DNA of 64,000 nucleotides from Chrysomallon squamiferum (lineage: Eukaryota; Animalia; Mollusca). The position numbers were made by a program, and so were the translations under genes. Each line of letters opens with the position of its first letter. Position 1 is the stretch's first letter. This document shows positions 27,501 through 41,757 of this stretch, piece after piece. Below the pieces are notes generated by a model. The model was not told the DNA's origin, searched no databases, and saw only the letters and a program-made list of their open reading frames with translations. The stretch spans positions 24,552,001 through 24,616,000 of the forward strand of contig CM022673.1 in assembly GCA_012295275.1 (NCBI GenBank), read 5' to 3'.

Positions 27501-30195
27501 GAATTTATTGAATTAGTTTCATTGAACTGTACTGAATTTCTGTTTTATTGAACTGTCCTGAATTTCTTTTACTGAATTTACTTTTGTTGAATTTGTTTTA
27601 CTGAATTTATTTTACTGAATTTACTGAATTTGTTTTACTGAATTTACTGAATTTGTTTTACTGAATTTACTGAATTTCTTTTATTGAATTGTACTGAATT
27701 TGTTTTTTTATTTGTTTTTTTATATATATATATACTTTTTTACTGAAACAAATTTAGGTTTATTTAGCTACTAAATACCTGTTTTATTTAGCTGCCGTAT
27801 TTCTTTTATTGAATTTATTGAATTTGTATCATTGAACTATACTGAATTTCTTTGATTGAATTTACTGATTTTTTTTTATTGAACTGTACTGAATTTCTTT
27901 TATTGAATTTACTGAATTTCTTTTATTGAATTTATTGAATTAGTTTCATTGAACTGTACTGAATTTCTTTTATTGAATTTATTGAATTAGTTTCATTGAA
28001 CTGTACTGAATTTCTTTTATTGAATTTACTGAATTAGTTTCACTGAACTGTACTGAATTTCTTTTATTGAATTTATTTAATTAGTTTCATTGAACTGTCC
28101 TGAATTTCTTTTATTGAATTTATTGAATTAGTTTCATTGAACTGTCCTGAATTTTTTTATTGAATTTATTGAATTAGTTTCATTGAACTGTACTGAATTT
28201 CTTTTATTGAATTTATTGAATTAGTTTCATTGAACTGTACTGAATTTCTTTTATTGAATTTATTGAATTAGTTTCATTGAACTGTACTGAATTTCTGTTT
28301 TATTGAACTGTCCTGAATTTCTTTTACTGAATTTACTGAATTTGTTGAATTTGTTTTACTGAATTTATTTTACTGAATTTACTGAATTTGTTTTACTGAA
28401 TTTACTGAATTTGTTTTACTGAATTTACTGAATTTCTTTTATTGAATTGTACTGAATTTGTTTTTTTATTGAACTTTACCAAAATATTTCATTTTTATTC
28501 AGCCATACTGAATTTGTGTTTCAAATATTTTTCTTTCACAAATGTTTATTTAAAATGTTTGTAATTTTAGGCCGGAATCAAAGCTTTCGTAATGCATTCC
28601 AGCCCTATCATGAATGGGAAAAACTACGGGTACGACCTCAACTCAAGTGACTCACCTTCTGACTCAGATGATGATAAAGATACTCAAGGTAATCATTTCT
28701 TGTCACTACAATATACCCTTAGTGATACAAACAGCTGGCACAAACACAAGTGCATGCTTCCAAATTAGTTTGATTTGATTTGCTGACCAATGTTTTCTAA
28801 AAATAAAGTCTGACAATAAAACAACATTTGTAAAAGATGTTGTAGAAGTATTTATCTGTGCAGTCTTTGATACACTGAGGATCTGGAAGATTTGCATTGA
28901 TTTACTTGTACACAACGTCTTTAAAAAAAAAAAAAAAAACGGAAAAAAATATCTGATTCCATAATTGTTATTATTTGTCATCTTTCAGTATCAGAAAATA
29001 TAACTCAGAAGCATATGTAAATAAATTTAGGCCTTTTAATATATATATCCTAACATACACTTAAAATACTTTTCTAAAATTTATTTTTTATATATTAATT
29101 GATTTATTTACTTTTATTTTTTTAGTGTTTTTTTTTTGTTTGTTTTTGTTGTTTTTAAATTGTTTCTATATATTTTATTTTATGTAATTCTTAATTTTAT
29201 TTTTATTATTAAATTATTTTTCCCCCTTAGGTTTTTAAATTTTTTTTTTTTTTTTTTTTTACTTATTATTATTAGTAGTAGTAGTAGTATTAGTATTATT
29301 CAATTAGATTCATCTTCATAATTTATTATTATTATTTATAATTAGCTAAAACAAAAGAAAACCCTGAAACATTTTTTATATTTTCATTATTTTACATTTA
29401 TTTGTCATTTAATAAGTTGTCTTAATCATCATAATCCATCTGCTAAATTCTGTACTGATAAATAAACAATTAGATTTAATCTTAACAATCAAATATTAAA
29501 ACAACATAAAATTCTAATTTTTAGTTAGGATATTCATGTCAGTATTATCAGCGAACCACATCTGCATCCAAAAGACTATTAGACATTTTTAAAATTACTT
29601 TTATAATTAAAAGCATTATTGTGTATCAGTGGTAATTTTTAAAATGATTATCTTAGTAAAATAAAATAAAAACTATTTTTAGTAATTAGTCTGATTTTAG
29701 ATATTGTGAATAACTTTTTAAAATGCAACAAGAAGAATGAACTAGTCGCACAGTAATTTTAATTATCCATTTAAAGTAGCTGATTATTTCTTGACCTATA
29801 AACAAATACCTATTGTACAAACTTATTGGTGCAATGAATTAATTTTAGCATATCTAGTAACAAGTTGTATTTGCCTATTTTGAATTTAAAAAAAAATATA
29901 TTAAATTCCATGGATGAAAAGGTCCATTCTTTTAAGTTAAATAAGACTATGAAAGACTCTTATCATAAATATTTATTTCTGTATATTAGTATGTTAATGA
30001 TACTTGTGAATTCAAGAGAACATGTATATCGAACAGGTAATTATTAAACTATACTGTATGAGCAGGTGTTCCTTTCTATTGTTATATTTGACCTGTTTTA
30101 TGAACCAGTGATTAAATATCCTGTTGAAAACAGATCTACACAATACATTTAATTATATCAATACTTGGTAATATATGCAGCTAATAGACATATTT

Positions 30196-30246
<51 letters not shown>

Positions 30247-30865
30247 CTGATTTTACATTGTACAAGAAAATAAAATCGAAAAAAGAAATCAAAGAAGATA
30301 TGAAATGGATTTTAAAATAAGCAACACATACATTATATGGCATAAACTGAGTGGGTGTGTTTTAACTCACTGATCAGAGAGCAGGGTGAGGTGTGATTAG
30401 TCACAGGATTGCTAAATGAAACATGAAGAATATTTTAAATGTTTAGTTTCTCTAGTGATAAGCTGTTAAAAGACTTTTCGTTGTATTTATTAACCTATTA
30501 TATTAACGTACTTAACATTATAATTTTTGAAAACTGACAGCAATCAAATGCAATAATAAAAATGTATGTGTTTTTCAGGAATTATATGTATTATAATTAT
30601 ATGTGTTACAACATTTCATTCAAATGTTTTCATAAAAGAATAACTAATTTTGTATCTGAAATATAAGTATTTCTGTTGAACATACAGAGCATCTTCAGTT
30701 TACTAAAGTAAATATTAGTCAAGTGTTGTTTCAGCCAGTCTAAGCATGCTGTAGATAAAAATGATTACTTCAGCTGATAGTGTAATGTTTGTATTTCTGT
30801 CAGAATATGACATTTTAATATAAACATTTAATATAAACATTTTAAAAGACTGTCTTTTTTCAAAA

Positions 30866-30925
<60 letters not shown>

Positions 30926-33900
30926 CATGCACACACACACAAACACACATTCAAATCCCATATATATATATATACACACACATACATGTACACAGTTGTA
31001 CCTCAATATACGAGTGATTAGCAGCTGCCTGGTCGATTTTTTGCTTTGAGTTGCGGCTAATATCCGAGTTATGAGCAAGCTCAAACTACTCTGTCGCTAA
31101 CTGGTGCAATGAACAATAGAACATCTGCCCAGCATCCTCGATCTAACCTGTTATTTCACCATGGAAACATCCCTGTTTTGTGCAGTAGTTTGCCAAATTT
31201 CCATGGATCCTAAGAAAGTGGACTGTGCTGAGAAGAACAAGTGGATGATGTACATTGAAGTAAAGCATGAAATCATAGAAAAACATGAGTGTGGTGTGCA
31301 TATAGTCAAAATGGCTAGGCAGTATGAGCATAGTACTTCTACGATATGTACCATACTGAAGCAGAAGGAGTCAGTAAAAGCTATAACTCCAGCCAAAGGC
31401 ATTAAAATAATTTCTCAGCTGCAGACCTCTGTCCATGAAAAGATGGAGAAACCCTAACCATGCACACTTTACAAAACCAGTTTATTTCTTTACATTCTCT
31501 TTTATTTTGTTTTTATACAATATTTGTTATTTATACATACATTTTAATTATTTAAAAACACGTTACAAAAAATTGGGGTGATTTCTGGGGGGCTGGAACA
31601 GATTAATGGTATTTCAATTAATTTCATTTGGTAAAATTGATTTGGTATACAAGCAGATTGAGTTACAAGCTCAGTCACAGAATGAATTAAACTTGTAAGT
31701 CAAGGTCCCACTGTGTGTATATAGATAGATAGATAGATAGATAGATACACAGAGCCACACACAACAGATATAACACATACACACATACACACACACACAC
31801 TATTTGGATAATCATTTAACAATATTTGAAGATATTTTCTCAAAATTAATAATTTGCAGATATTTTTGACATATTATAATTATAATCAATATATTAAAAA
31901 AAAAGCTTTTGTGCTTTTGTTACTAGTTGTGTTTTGGAAAGAAATCTATGATCTGATCATGAAATGTTCTAAAATAGCATTATTATTATTTGTCAAAATA
32001 ATTCCATTTTATTGTGGGAAATGTTAATTATAAAACCATTTGTCTGGTCTTCATAGGTGCCACTAATTTGAATGCATCAAATTATTAGGTTTTTATTTTA
32101 CAACAAACTGATAACAAAACAAAATGAGACAAGAGTTGTGGCCCTTTATTTTACCTTCTTTTATGAAGTAACCAGATCATAATGGTGTGACAGATAAATA
32201 AACAAATTCAGATTATTCCTATTTTGTAAATAAAAAAAAAACAGAAATATAACAAATCATATGAAGCATGTAGCTTAGTAAGTATTCCATACATAAAAAT
32301 ATGGAAAAAGTTTTTAAAATATATTCATGTATGTTTCTGAAAATGTGTCGTGTGTCTTTCTGTGTGTATGTGTATGTGATACAATATTTTATTACAAGAA
32401 AGTGGTAATGTAGTTTTCATAAAATGGTCAGACAGGATAGTTTTGCAACAGATGCTTCTTTCCAATTAACATTAGTTATTAGATCAATTTGCAGTAGAAT
32501 GATGAAGTTTTGTTTTTAAAGTATGTTTGAACCAGTTTGTTTTGTGAGGTTATAATACATCCAAAAAATAATTGCCTTTAGATAAATGTAATTAATTATT
32601 GTTTTTGTTTTATTTTTATCTTTTCCACATGAAAATATATTCTGGTATAGTATTCTGCTTTGAAAACAAGAGTTAGTTTAATACTAGTTTTGTAGAACCA
32701 TGCAGACATAATTACACTATATATTCAGCTGACAATTTAATGTGAATATTTATTTCTATTTATATTTCTTGTATTAACCTCCATGTTTTGTGAGATGTAC
32801 TCAATAGTTAACAAGATATCAAACATGGCAGGTTGTAAGATCAGATTTTTCATTATGTCTACTTCATTACTTTCCCAATATAACCAGAACCCTGCAACCT
32901 GTTTATCAAACATTTTCTTGTCCTGTCTATGAAAAATAACAATCCACAAAATGATTGACCAAGTTTTCTCATTTTTATGTTTCTTAAAAAAAAAAAAAAA
33001 TTGGTTTTCAGTCCTAATAAGTTCATAAAAAAAATGTTTTAACTTGTTGTTAATGAAACATTTATCAATTCCTGCCTTTCATGTATCTGTTAGTACCGTT
33101 TCCAAGCATTTTAATGAATCATTTATTTTATTCCTGGTTGTTCTGTATTTCTTCGTCATCTTTCACAGTCAAGGGTCAGTCACAGATATTCATCAGTGGA
33201 ACAAAACACAGCAGAGTTCATTCATGTTTGTTTTAATCAACTTGCTGAGAACAGTTATTTCTGAATGACTGTATATTTACCGACAACACTGTGAATAGGT
33301 GCACGATCTGAAAGCGGTTACTCTTGTCCTTAGAAACATGTAATCCCTGTTCTTTTTTTTTCAAGCTCTCATCTCAAGGGTATTTCAGCTGAGTAGCTGT
33401 GGACAAAGGTACACTGACCGTGTGTATAGGACAAATCCAAGCTCATTCCACATGAATTATTAAACAACACGCTGAGATTGCGTTTGATCGGAGTTGTGCC
33501 TGTTGTTGTATCACCAGGCTTGTAAACCCCAAACTCATGGTGCAGAGTGGCTGGATGATACAACCCGAGGATTACAATGTATTCTTAGTCAATGAGTATC
33601 TTCAGAAACGCTGTTTTATTTTAGCAACAAAATGGCAAAATGGATTACACATTTACAGACCACCATACTGACAAAAAACTCGAATATTTCGACTTTCTTC
33701 AACTTAAAATTAATTGGGCAGGTAAGCAGTGGTTTGTTGGACTTTTGTTTCTACATTTCAGTTTACAAACTAATGTTCTTCTACAATAAAAATCGGTCCT
33801 GATTTGAGGGTTCTTGCAGTAAAATATCTTACTTTGGTTTACTCTTCATTAAAACATTCATCATGATTAGTTTGACTTCTTGTCACGTTACTCTGTTGGT

Positions 33901-35743
33901 AAAGTTTATATACATTAAATTAACTCTTGCTAATTCTGATATTTTTAGTATGATAAATTGTTAAAGGGAATCACTCACTTGTCTTAACCTAAATCTGTAG
34001 TTATCTCATGTTAATTCTAATAGTGATAAATTGTTAAAGGGAATCAGCTCACGTGTCTTATCCTAAATCCTATATAGTTAAATAAAATAAATAGTCATGA
34101 AGTATACTGGAACGTGGATATTTTTTTGATTTTTTTTTTTTTTTTGCATTATTTGTCATTCCATTATAGCTAACAAATATATAAAGATAGAGTTGTTTTA
34201 ACATGCTATATTCTCTATATAGTTTATTTTAATTTTGAATAGATCGGAATTATAGTTACTTGAATTAGATAATTAGCATATCTCTTTTTAAAACTGCTTT
34301 TGACATTTGAAATGTATACAATGACAGAATAACAAATTCCCCTTCATCTTTTTTAATCTTTCATTCAGTTATTTATATTTACAAATATATCTATTACTCA
34401 ACATTTACTATGGAACAGAATTTGTATTCAAATGATTAGCAGTTTTTTAAAATCTGGGTATTCTATGATTTTTTAATATTTAATATTTTTTATTCTAGAA
34501 TAATTTTATTATCATATTTAAGATTAAAACATGTAAAATTGTCAAATATGTGAAGTATCAGTATATAATATTTTGAATACACAACAAAATATCAGCCTGC
34601 ATTGACACACACTCACACAACCACAATGCTGATAAAACAAAAAAAAAAAATAAAATAAAATATATCAAAGCATGCAATATATATTATTATTATTTGTGTT
34701 TAAAATTAATAATACATTTTATATTTCCAAGTGTCATTCAATTTAATTTCTTTTAGTTATAATTTGATTCCCATGATTTGCAAGCGACTTCGCGTCTTTT
34801 TGCAAACTTAAAACCTTGAGTGCAGTTGTATCATTATGTTTGATCTGAACCTGACAGATTTATCTTTATTTTGTGTGACTGCCTTTGTTTCATTTTAAAC
34901 CTTATATTTAGTAGATTCTGTTAAAAAAAAAAAAAAAAAAAAAAAACTGTATGATTTCAGAATGTTAAATTAATATTTTTGTATCCACCATGAAAACTGC
35001 TCACAAATTGGTTGACAAGTCTGATATATCTCAAATCGTTAATTAGCTATTACAAGCACCTTTGTATCAGCGGCAGATCTCAAGCACAAAGAATTATGAA
35101 AGAACATGGGAGTGCTTCCCTGATTTCCAGATATGGCCTCAATGTGATAAACTGATGTCAAGATAGTATTCAGACTTGAATTGCTGGCAAAGAACTCGGG
35201 TGAGTGTCTCAATGTCTTAACTGTAAATACTCCCAGTTATTTATTCTGACCTGCTGAGCCTTTGGATTTCTTTGTTTCTATAAGTAGACTTTTGTATTTG
35301 GATGTACTAAGTGTCCTCAATCTCAGATTTCGAACACCTTGCCATTTTGTTTAGTAGGCAGTGTGTTGAATTCAGCTGAGCAGAAAGTTTCTTTGGGACT
35401 TCATTAGCAGTAATTAGTGTTCATTCAGATTTTATCACTTGTCTGGTGTTTTATTATTTTCATATAATTGTTGCAGGATACTGCCAAAATTATGGTAACA
35501 AATTCATTTCTTTTTTTAATCTCAGGATGTTGTTACTGCTGTAATTTAAAAAAGTAAAAATTAATTACATCATATTATTATGTAATAATTTGGATTATTT
35601 GATTTTGTTTTTGAACTATTTATTTTTAAATTTTGATATATTGCATAAATATTGTAATTTTAAATCATTCATGTCTTGTCAGGGTCTTATCTGAATAAAT
35701 TATTTTTAATTTGATTATTTAGGTTCATATATTTTCATTCTTT

Positions 35744-35788
<45 letters not shown>

Positions 35789-36424
35789 TTTTCATTTGAT
35801 TATTTAGTTCAAAAGTTAATTGGAGAATGAAATTCTACTGATATTTTTTTTATATGTTTATTGTAATTTCTGTATTGCATTCAAGATATATATCTAAATC
35901 ATTCCACCATAAAACTGTTTAAAAAAAAATACTTTTCTTATTCAAGCCTTGTGTGACAACCATTAAAAATTAAATTGATTTTTCACATTTCTATAGACCT
36001 AGTACAGGTATCTAAAAAAATAACAGAGTTGACAGAAAAATCAGTAATATCTTAAATCATTTTATTTTTTTATTAAATGATTAAATAATTTATTTTATAT
36101 TCAAAAATGAATGTCCCAAATCAGCTTTGACATAATTTTTATTTATTTTTTTATATATATTTTTTATATAAACTGTTTTTGATCACTTTTGGCAGCAGTT
36201 GTTTGTTTTTGTGTAGTTGTCTCTGACAATAATTAAAATTATGTTGGCTAGCTTCCCAACAACCAGTGTATTCAGATTATCAGCCACCAAAATCACTGCT
36301 AACTTACCCTAGCACACACTATAGGCCCATCATTGTTTGATGAATAAAGGAAATTATCAGGAAATACATTTGATTGCTGATGAGTTTTGGAAATAAACTT
36401 TGACTCTGAAATGATTTCAAGCAG

Positions 36425-36461
<37 letters not shown>

Positions 36462-39400
36462 AACACATATACACAAACACATACAAACAGTCACTAAATT
36501 TGCTTTCTCAGATAATTACTGATCACTAATATTGACATTTTGTTCATTCTAAAACTGTGAAATTTTTGGTTAAAGTTGATCAAAAAATACATAATAGTCA
36601 TTACAAGACATTACCACAGTGAAGTAACATCTGTTAGGTTACTCATCAAGTCATTGCTTTTCTTTGATAGTCTCTCTTCTGATAGACTTTGGCAGATCTG
36701 ATTCACAAGACCAGACTCCATGAAGTAACAACTTACAAGTGTCTGATGATTTGTCCTTGCAGTGATTAGACATGTACATCATTAATCTGCTGTATTAAAA
36801 CATGCCTAATTGTATTTTTCATAAACTTAGTCAAGATTCCACCTTAGGTCTTTTTTTATTTTTTATTTTGGAGTTAACGTACTCAGAGACGTTGTAATGA
36901 TAACATTAATGTTGTTTTCAATGGACAATGAATGCACTACTGAACACCTACGAGAGCAAAGACTTGCACTCACACATTACAGAATTATAGAAAATAATTA
37001 ACTCTAAAACCACAGGATTAGCAAATTAAAATGTCATGAATTCACACATCCTTGTACATTCTGCATAACTTAATTGTGGCCCAGTTTCCTGTAACTGAGG
37101 TGTTTACGTATCATGTATAATGAGAAGGCTTAACAACACCAGGCAGTAAAAGTCCACTCAATAGTGTCCAGTGATTGATTAGCAATCCATTATTGATACA
37201 ACGAGCATTTCACAAATACAAGCTCATTTCATATTTCTTGGAGCAAGCAGTCGCAGTGAACTTTGACACTTCACTGCAGCTACAATGGTGTTGATTTCCT
37301 TGGAGGACGGGTTGCCAAATAATTAATTTTGTTTGTAAAGGTCCACAAATAAAGGAAGAAAATACCAAGCCCACTGTTGGGTTTAATAATTGATGAGACA
37401 ATGCAGAGAGTACTAGCCTGCAGTCAACTGTTCATGTAGTTACACATGCAATACCTGAGCAATAATTAATACACTGCTTTAATTAAAATGTGTTCTTGGA
37501 CGATGAACGAGATGATGATACATTCAGTGTCGCAGTGTGGATGTACTTCATCATCACCAATGTCTAGTGAAATAGTAGATTTAAAAAAAAATTCTTCTGA
37601 TTAATTGTCTTGTTTTGTGCAAGTTGTGTATACTAACAAACACAAGATCCTGGTTGTTGTGTATCATGGTTGTTCCAGTCTGTTTCATCTTATTCTGTGT
37701 AAAGAAAAAAATTAGGATTATGTTCAGTTGTTTGTTTTGAATATCATTCATAAACAACATTATCAAGGTGTGTGTATTGTTCTGTTTGGTGGATAAACAG
37801 ATAGTGTTATATTGAGAGTTTCATGAAATTTGATCTATAGTATGTACAGTTGTTAGAACTTCAACTGTGACAACTACAAAAGTAGATGTGTTCCAGGTTT
37901 GTTTTCATTTCTCAGTTTTAAAATGTGACACAGTCACTGTAGAAAGAACCAAAACAAATAAATAAATAAGGGCTAATAGAAAAAAATTAATATATTTTTA
38001 TTGTTTGTTTATTTATTTATTTATTTATTTATATTTTTTGTTTATTTTATTTCTCTTATCAATCAGTGATAATTTTTGTTCACCTAAAGTAAAATTATGA
38101 CTGGCCTGGATAAAGAAATAATGATAGCATGACTTGTTGCTATTTAGTTATTTTAAACATTGCTGTTGTTGATTATGTCAGACATTTTTTTCCCTTGATG
38201 TTGTTAAGCAATGGCTGACATGCAATTTTCCAGCAGTTACTAATCTTTCTGTTCTGCCTACCCCATGAGAACAACGAATATATTTTTTTCTTCTTTTTTA
38301 ATTGTTTACTAGTAAATGTAGACCAATGTAATGATTGTTAAACTGTCAACCAGACTGTGATATTTATCAGGTTGTACAACAGAGATATTAATCTTTCTCT
38401 GCTGCTAATCATGTATGTCTACTTCAAACTCAATATATTACTGACAGTGGAAGTGCTGTCATCTTCAGAATATATCACCCATGTACATTATTAATCTGCT
38501 ATATTAAAACTTCCCTATTTGAAGTAAGTATTAAACTTCACATACTTGTATTGCTCTGTAGGAATAAGAAGGTATAATTGACTACTCAGTGGCACTGGTT
38601 GTGTGGGTTATGAATTGATCTCTCTCTCTCTGAACAAACACAGAATTTGTCTTTTCATAAACAAAAGGAATGTTCTCAATGACCTTTCATCATTTATCAT
38701 CAAAACAGTTCACGCCGCAATCAGTTTTTACATCTCCACCAAAAATAATCAAATTACTACCTTAGCAGTGAAGAGATCATTCAGACTGGTTGGGTTTAAC
38801 AGCAATAATAATATTGTTAATAAATAATAAATAATAATAGTCACACGTTTATTTCACAGTTCAGTGTGTCTACGTGTTACTTGGAAAGTCATACTGGATT
38901 TAATCCAGTTTGGTCAAGAACGTCATTTGTCACAGTGATAAACCAGCATGGCTTAATTTGCCAGTGATTGATGTATGATGAGGTTTCTCAGATCACTTGA
39001 TTGGCTACAGGAAAAACATGACAACTACAGGCTGCTGTGCATGTGTGTGTCCGATATCAAAGAGAAAGAAAGTTTAATACCTGGACTGAAGCATTCAGTA
39101 GAACTGTGATGTCGAGAAAAGACACAAATATTGGGTTGCTGCCAAGCATTATTAGGAAAATAATAATCTTTTTCTCTTCAGAAATAAGTAGAAAAATTAT
39201 ATAACAGCGGTTATTTTGAAACAGATATGGTTTTTGGCCTGAGAGATTACAACTGTAGATTTGTGAACAGATAGAATGTTTTAATGAATTTAATGAACAG
39301 TGAAATGGAGACTGTGTTATAAAGTGTGTGTGTCTAAGATGTGTACTAAGAAGTTCAGTGCACTCTATGACAGCAGTACTAGTTCCAGTTCTAGTACAGA

Positions 39401-41169
39401 CTCTGAGGACGATGATTTTGATTACTATGGATTCAGATCAGCTAACTTAGAAAAACTTAGAGCAATTGAAATTTTCAAAAAAGCAGGTAAGTTAAATGTG
39501 AATCATTTTTCTCTGTTTTTTATTATTATTATTATCATCATCATCATCATCATCATCATCATTATCATTATTACTGTAATTGTTGTTTTTGTTATCATTA
39601 TTATATTACTACTACTACTTTAACTACTACTATTATTATTATTACTGTTGTTGTCATTGATGATGAAGAGTATTCAGTTAACATGTCAGTATTCGATTCT
39701 GTTGATTTCTCTTGTGTGGTTTAATTTAAGTTAATTATTCAGATCATGTCTTATGTTGATTGTAATTGAAATGTACTGATAATTCAGATTAACTGACACA
39801 GCATATCTTTCATAATGATGGTGACAATTCTGGGTTGGGTTGCTATGTGTTGTGTTTTATATAGGCTTTCCTATATTTTTTCTTCTTCCATTTTATTTTA
39901 TTTTATTTTATTTATTTTATTTTTTGTTTTAATTTTTAATAAATCTAGTAGTATATAGAATCTTTTTTTCTCAAATCCTATTTTTTGAAAAGATTAGCTT
40001 TCAGTCAGTATCAAAGAAATGTATTTATTTTTTCAAACCATAATACACATGAAAATCAATGTATGTATGTGTGTATTTGTGTGTGTGTATATAGTTACAT
40101 AGTTATATGCAGTTATACACAATTCAATATCTTTATAATTTTTCTCTGCTGATTCTGTTTCTTATCTTTAAAAAGTATTTTTTATTTATTTTTGTTTATA
40201 TGTGCTTGAATACACACTGAATGAATTTACTTCTGTTTATACAGATTTCTCTCTGTTCTGTATTGATTTCATGTAATCAATATAATCACATTATATTATT
40301 GAACACATTTGTGAGATGAAAAGAAAAGAATTTTTTTTTTTTTTTTTTCTCTGTATTGATCTTGTCACTATAACTGGGTCGTTGCAGTTAAAACTTTTGC
40401 AGCCGATTTCACACTCTTTGTTTTCTCGGAATACAAATGGTCTCATAATGCAGTGGTTTGCTGTGGTCTTCCTCTTCTCACTGTTTGTCTCATTTCAACT
40501 CTAATGGCTGTGATTTGTGTGTGTTTCTCAGTCAGAGTATTGATGTCTGCCGGATGCTGCCTGACAATGGCGAGACTCACAATTGTAACCAAGTTCATAA
40601 TTCTTCCATCACTTGTTTTCTCTCTTTCCTTCAGCACGGTACACAAACAAACTGCACGAGATGTTGTATAGCGCATGCATATTCATGAGACGTCATTAAT
40701 CAAATGTGAATGATTCAGTATTTTTCCAACTGAGAGATGTTTTAATTATTTTTTTATTTTTTTTTTTTTTTTTTTTTTTTTTTGGCTTTGTTTTGTTTGG
40801 AGCTTTTGTTTTCAGGTGTGGATGTGGTTCTTTTTATTTTATTTTTTTTCTATTTTATTTTTATTTTTTTTTTTATTTTATTATTATGATTATTTATTTT
40901 TCATATTATTTTTTTTTTTTAATATTATAAAGCTGAAATAAATAAGGGTTTTTAATAGGTTTTATTTTTGGTTTCATCTTATGATGTTTTGTTTTTTTTT
41001 GTTTTTATTAAGATACACTCTTTTACATAAAACATCAGTTTACTGATTAAACATGAATAATACATTTACAGACAAAAGTTATTTTAATGAATTTTGTTTG
41101 CTAGGCAGACTTGGAATATTACAAACTGTCTGGAAGTTAGAATGTTTTTGTGTGTGTGTGTGGGTATGG

Positions 41170-41242
<73 letters not shown>

Positions 41243-41704
41243 CATGCATTTTTGTATGTGTGACTGTGTGAATACCTGAACATAAAACAGCACATCATTT
41301 TATTAAAGAAATTCACCAAATTCAGGATGACATGAATGCAAATTATAACACATAATGTAGATTGTTCCTAGCAGATTTTCAGGAAACAAACAGACATAGC
41401 ACTGAATATAAATACTTTATACTGTCTATACTGGATCATTTATTTTCTATATTTCTTCTTTCATATTCACTTGTTTCAGACAACAAGCTGCAGGAAGAAC
41501 TGCTGCGCACCACACAACTTGTCTACAGCTATGAGGCAGGCCGAATGGTATGTTTTATCACTTACCTAGATTGATTTTACTACCACTCTCACTTTCTCCT
41601 TGTTTATTTCATTACTGTAATAGCCAACAATGTCAATAATAATAATTATTATTATTTATTTGCCAGAACGAATAACAGTACCATCTGGTTATTTAAAAAA
41701 AAGT

Positions 41705-41757
<53 letters not shown>

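Noticed and set aside
35095-35205. Possible further alternative first exon ending at CGG|GTGAGT
   Set aside because: In-frame stops lie shortly upstream and no ATG-initiated frame reaches the donor in phase 1.
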